Source: Eledone cirrhosa (lineage: Eukaryota). Taken from it: a stretch of DNA of 64,000 bases. The stretch is taken from contig OZ024741.1 of the NCBI GenBank assembly GCA_964016885.1, positions 140,864,001 through 140,928,000 of the forward strand, written 5' to 3'. Made by a program: the position numbers and the translations under genes. Positions 61,456 through 64,000 of this stretch are shown here, piece after piece (the stretch's first letter is position 1; each line of letters starts with the position of its first letter). Below the pieces are notes generated by a model, which saw only the letters and a list, made by a program, of their open reading frames with translations, ran no database searches and had not been told where the DNA came from.

Positions 61456-61930
61456 TACCTCATTTTACTAGTCTCAAGAACGCGTCTACACGACGTGAGA
61501 AAGAATCTCAAAAGGCGGAGGGGGAGATAGTCACGCGATATAACGGTCGAGAAACAGAGCTAAGCCTCCTATAACCACGAAGAAAATACCACGGAGGCGG
61601 AGGGGGTATTCATATCGAGGCCGTAGAAGAGGTAGTGAAGAAGGCGAGAAGTATGAGTAATGGAAGCTTTCCAGTTGTCCCCACACTTCAAAGATTGCTC
61701 GACCAGAGGGAGTTATTAATATATTTAGAAACACACAGATACATGCGGACACACACATATATACATGAATGCATCCGCACCCAACTGTGAGTTAAGGGTG
61801 CCAACTTCACCGATGTTGCTCAATGAATGACTGGGACAGACCAATTCAGTTTGAACCAGACTGAACCAGTATCAGAGTTAAAAATACATTATGAAGAGAG
61901 AAGAAACATTTAGATATAATTAGTAATAAA

Positions 61931-64000
61931 ATGTCAAAAGTCAACGCACTCTACAGACAAAAACGCATCAACGGTAAGGAAATCCGAAATCTCATCACAG
62001 CAAACGAGAGAGATGACTTCCTGAGCGTCATCCGACGCGAAACGAAATATGCTCAAAACGAATGCTGTAGGCATTTCAAGAAGAAATTAGAATGGATGAA
62101 TAAGAAAAAACTACAAGAAAGGAAAATCGAATATTCTCAAAAATACCCAGATAACATCGACAACATCCGTATGAGTGATGTAAAACTACCGGAAGAATTT
62201 ACCAATGACCACACAGTAAATATCTATGGGAACACTTTAATCAGTGAACAAGAACAACAAATCCTAAAGTTACCACCAAAATTTGCCATCTACAAAAAGA
62301 TTAATCCTATGGAATGCAAAACGGAGCTGGAAAAGTGTTTCACAAAAATACGTTGGAATGCAAAGGTAAACAACAACAACAATAATAACGGTAGTAGTAA
62401 TATAAACAATAACTCTGGGTATAGAAATAACAGCCATAACCATAACAATGGCAGGAAAGTGAGAAATAGTGATAATGGTAATAATACTAGCGATAGACAG
62501 AACAACAACAACCACAATAATAATAATAATAGAAACGTTAACCACAGACACAGCAACAGTGACCACAGTAGTAATAACGGTAACAATACGAACAACAACA
62601 ACAACAATAACCACAGTGGTAATAATGGAAATAGTACATGTAGCAACATCAACAAAAACAAGAAACATAATAATAGTAACAACCACAATGGTAGAAATAG
62701 CAGTAACAACAACAACAATAACGGTGAAGTAAACAACAATACATCTAGCAATCATAACAATAATAATATTAATGCTAAGGATAGAAACAACAACAACCAC
62801 CATGATAACAATAATAGCAACACACACAACTATGACGATAGAAATAACGACAACCCCTTAGAGAAACTATTTTTCAACCCAGCTGACAAAACATATAAGA
62901 TGGGTAATATCTATCCTACGAGGTTACCCTTTAATAAAAGAGTTTGCATACCACAACAAATAGATGACGAGACGGAGGCACAGTTCACCATAGCTAGAAA
63001 TAAGATTAGACAAGTAGTAGACAGGTACACTATGAGACAGAGCAGACCAGAGGCCCAACAACTTGGGATAAAACCTGTAGAAGGCTTGGTTAGCCTCAAG
63101 CAGCGCACAAGGGATGGTGAGGTAGTGTGTCTACCCACAGATAAGTCTGGTAGGATGTCAATAGATAGCATGCCGAACTACATCGAGGCAATGCAACCCC
63201 ACATCACCAACACGAGCGAAGTTGCACAACTAACACACGATGGGAGAGAAAAAATCCTCAACGCTCACATGATGATGTGGACTGACATCCTAAAGCCAAG
63301 CAGACGCACTGCCAACAACTTCCAGGCGTCTAACAATGGCATACCACCCTTGTATGGGCTCCGCAAAGACCACAAGACAGTCGACGACCCGACAATAGGA
63401 CCACCAACAAGACCTGTATGCGGAGCTAATATAGCTAGCAACTACAGGATCTCCTACTTCCTCTCAATGGTTATACGCCCCATAATCAAGATGTCCCCAG
63501 ATGTATGTGAAAGTACAGAGGACCTCCTCAGCAGAATCAGTGAGTGCAACAAAAACAGGAGCCTATCCAACTGCATAATAGGCAGCATGGATGTGGTGTC
63601 ACTGTACCCATCCATTAACATTGATTTTGCTGTGAAAAGATGTGTGGAGATGATCATTGAGAGTGAGGTGGAGTTCTGCGACGTCGACACAGACGAACTG
63701 GGCCTCCTACTTAGACTTACCTACGACACTGACTACCTAGACAGCCATGACCTTAGATGTTTCTGCCCTAGTAGACCTATAAGAGGTAGACCCCCCACCA
63801 TAACCTCAATGGCTAAAAAGACTCCCATAGGAAGGTGGATTGGGTGGACCAAAGCTATACGGACCCCCCAAAACACTGATCAGGTAAGAAAAATGGTCGC
63901 ACATGCAATAGGGGCTAGTATCAAAACTACCCTAAAGGGCCACATATTTAAGTTCAATGAGAAAATCTACACCCAAAATGAGGGAGCAGCCATCGGTGTC
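61931..64000 (+). CDS. Penelope-like retroelement ORF (RT; runs off the window end; clade uncertain, possibly Nematis-like)
   Basis: 690 codons with no stop by my hand translation, absent from the ORF track because it has no stop in the window: MSKVNALYRQ..ILKLPPKFAIY..KIRW..(Asn-rich)..VCLPTDKSGR..LYGLRKDHK..TRPVCGA..GSMDVVSLYPSI..YTQNEGAAIGV. Confidence 0.9.
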   Translation, partial: MSKVNALYRQKRINGKEIRNLITANERDDFLSVIRRETKYAQNECCRHFKKKLEWMNKKKLQERKIEYSQKYPDNIDNIRMSDVKLPEEFTNDHTVNIYGNTLISEQEQQILKLPPKFAIYKKINPMECKTELEKCFTKIRWNAKVNNNNNNNGSSNINNNSGYRNNSHNHNNGRKVRNSDNGNNTSDRQNNNNHNNNNNRNVNHRHSNSDHSSNNGNNTNNNNNNNHSGNNGNSTCSNINKNKKHNNSNNHNGRNSSNNNNNNGEVNNNTSSNHNNNNINAKDRNNNNHHDNNNSNTHNYDDRNNDNPLEKLFFNPADKTYKMGNIYPTRLPFNKRVCIPQQIDDETEAQFTIARNKIRQVVDRYTMRQSRPEAQQLGIKPVEGLVSLKQRTRDGEVVCLPTDKSGRMSIDSMPNYIEAMQPHITNTSEVAQLTHDGREKILNAHMMMWTDILKPSRRTANNFQASNNGIPPLYGLRKDHKTVDDPTIGPPTRPVCGANIASNYRISYFLSMVIRPIIKMSPDVCESTEDLLSRISECNKNRSLSNCIIGSMDVVSLYPSINIDFAVKRCVEMIIESEVEFCDVDTDELGLLLRLTYDTDYLDSHDLRCFCPSRPIRGRPPTITSMAKKTPIGRWIGWTKAIRTPQNTDQVRKMVAHAIGASIKTTLKGHIFKFNEKIYTQNEGAAIGV

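Larger units (their letters stand above)
60541..61934 (-). repeat. 591-bp tandem repeat (~2.4 copies), same family as 15396-16489 in opposite orientation
   Basis: Unit starts at 60541, 61132 and 61723; abuts the PLE ORF at 61931. Confidence 0.95.

Noticed and set aside
62270-62827. Hydrophobic V/I/L-rich minus-strand ORFs resembling membrane proteins
   Set aside because: Antisense shadows of the AAC/AAT-rich tract in the PLE ORF

Overview
AT-rich eukaryotic (animal) repeat-dense DNA. The SINE/LINE families and giant (TA)n/(TATG)n tracts suggest a cephalopod such as Octopus (inference). No host gene can be called with confidence. Recognisable content: a decayed RTE LINE (~7.0-9.5 kb); a decayed Penelope-like element (PLE; RT + C-terminal GIY-YIG, Hydra-clade-like) flanked by ~1.38-kb inverted pseudo-LTRs (~9.95-15.4 kb); many tRNA-derived SINEs; a CRE-like retrotransposon fragment (~35.7-36.3 kb); a nearly intact CR1-group LINE ORF2 (47.5-50.6 kb); a 200-N gap; and an uninterrupted PLE ORF from 61931 to the window end that the ORF track missed. 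The main hidden signal is RNA structure. Reading by eye gives 11 complete type I hammerhead ribozyme (HHR) motifs in three families, each with a palindromic (or near-palindromic) stem III: a U3-A8 variant in 591/595-bp tandem repeats (retrozyme/circRNA-like), an unusual CCGAAGA-core variant, and a canonical CUGANGA family. Several half-hammerheads sit in fold-back remnants, nearly all embedded in (TA)n microsatellites. Folds were not computed and no activity is shown.
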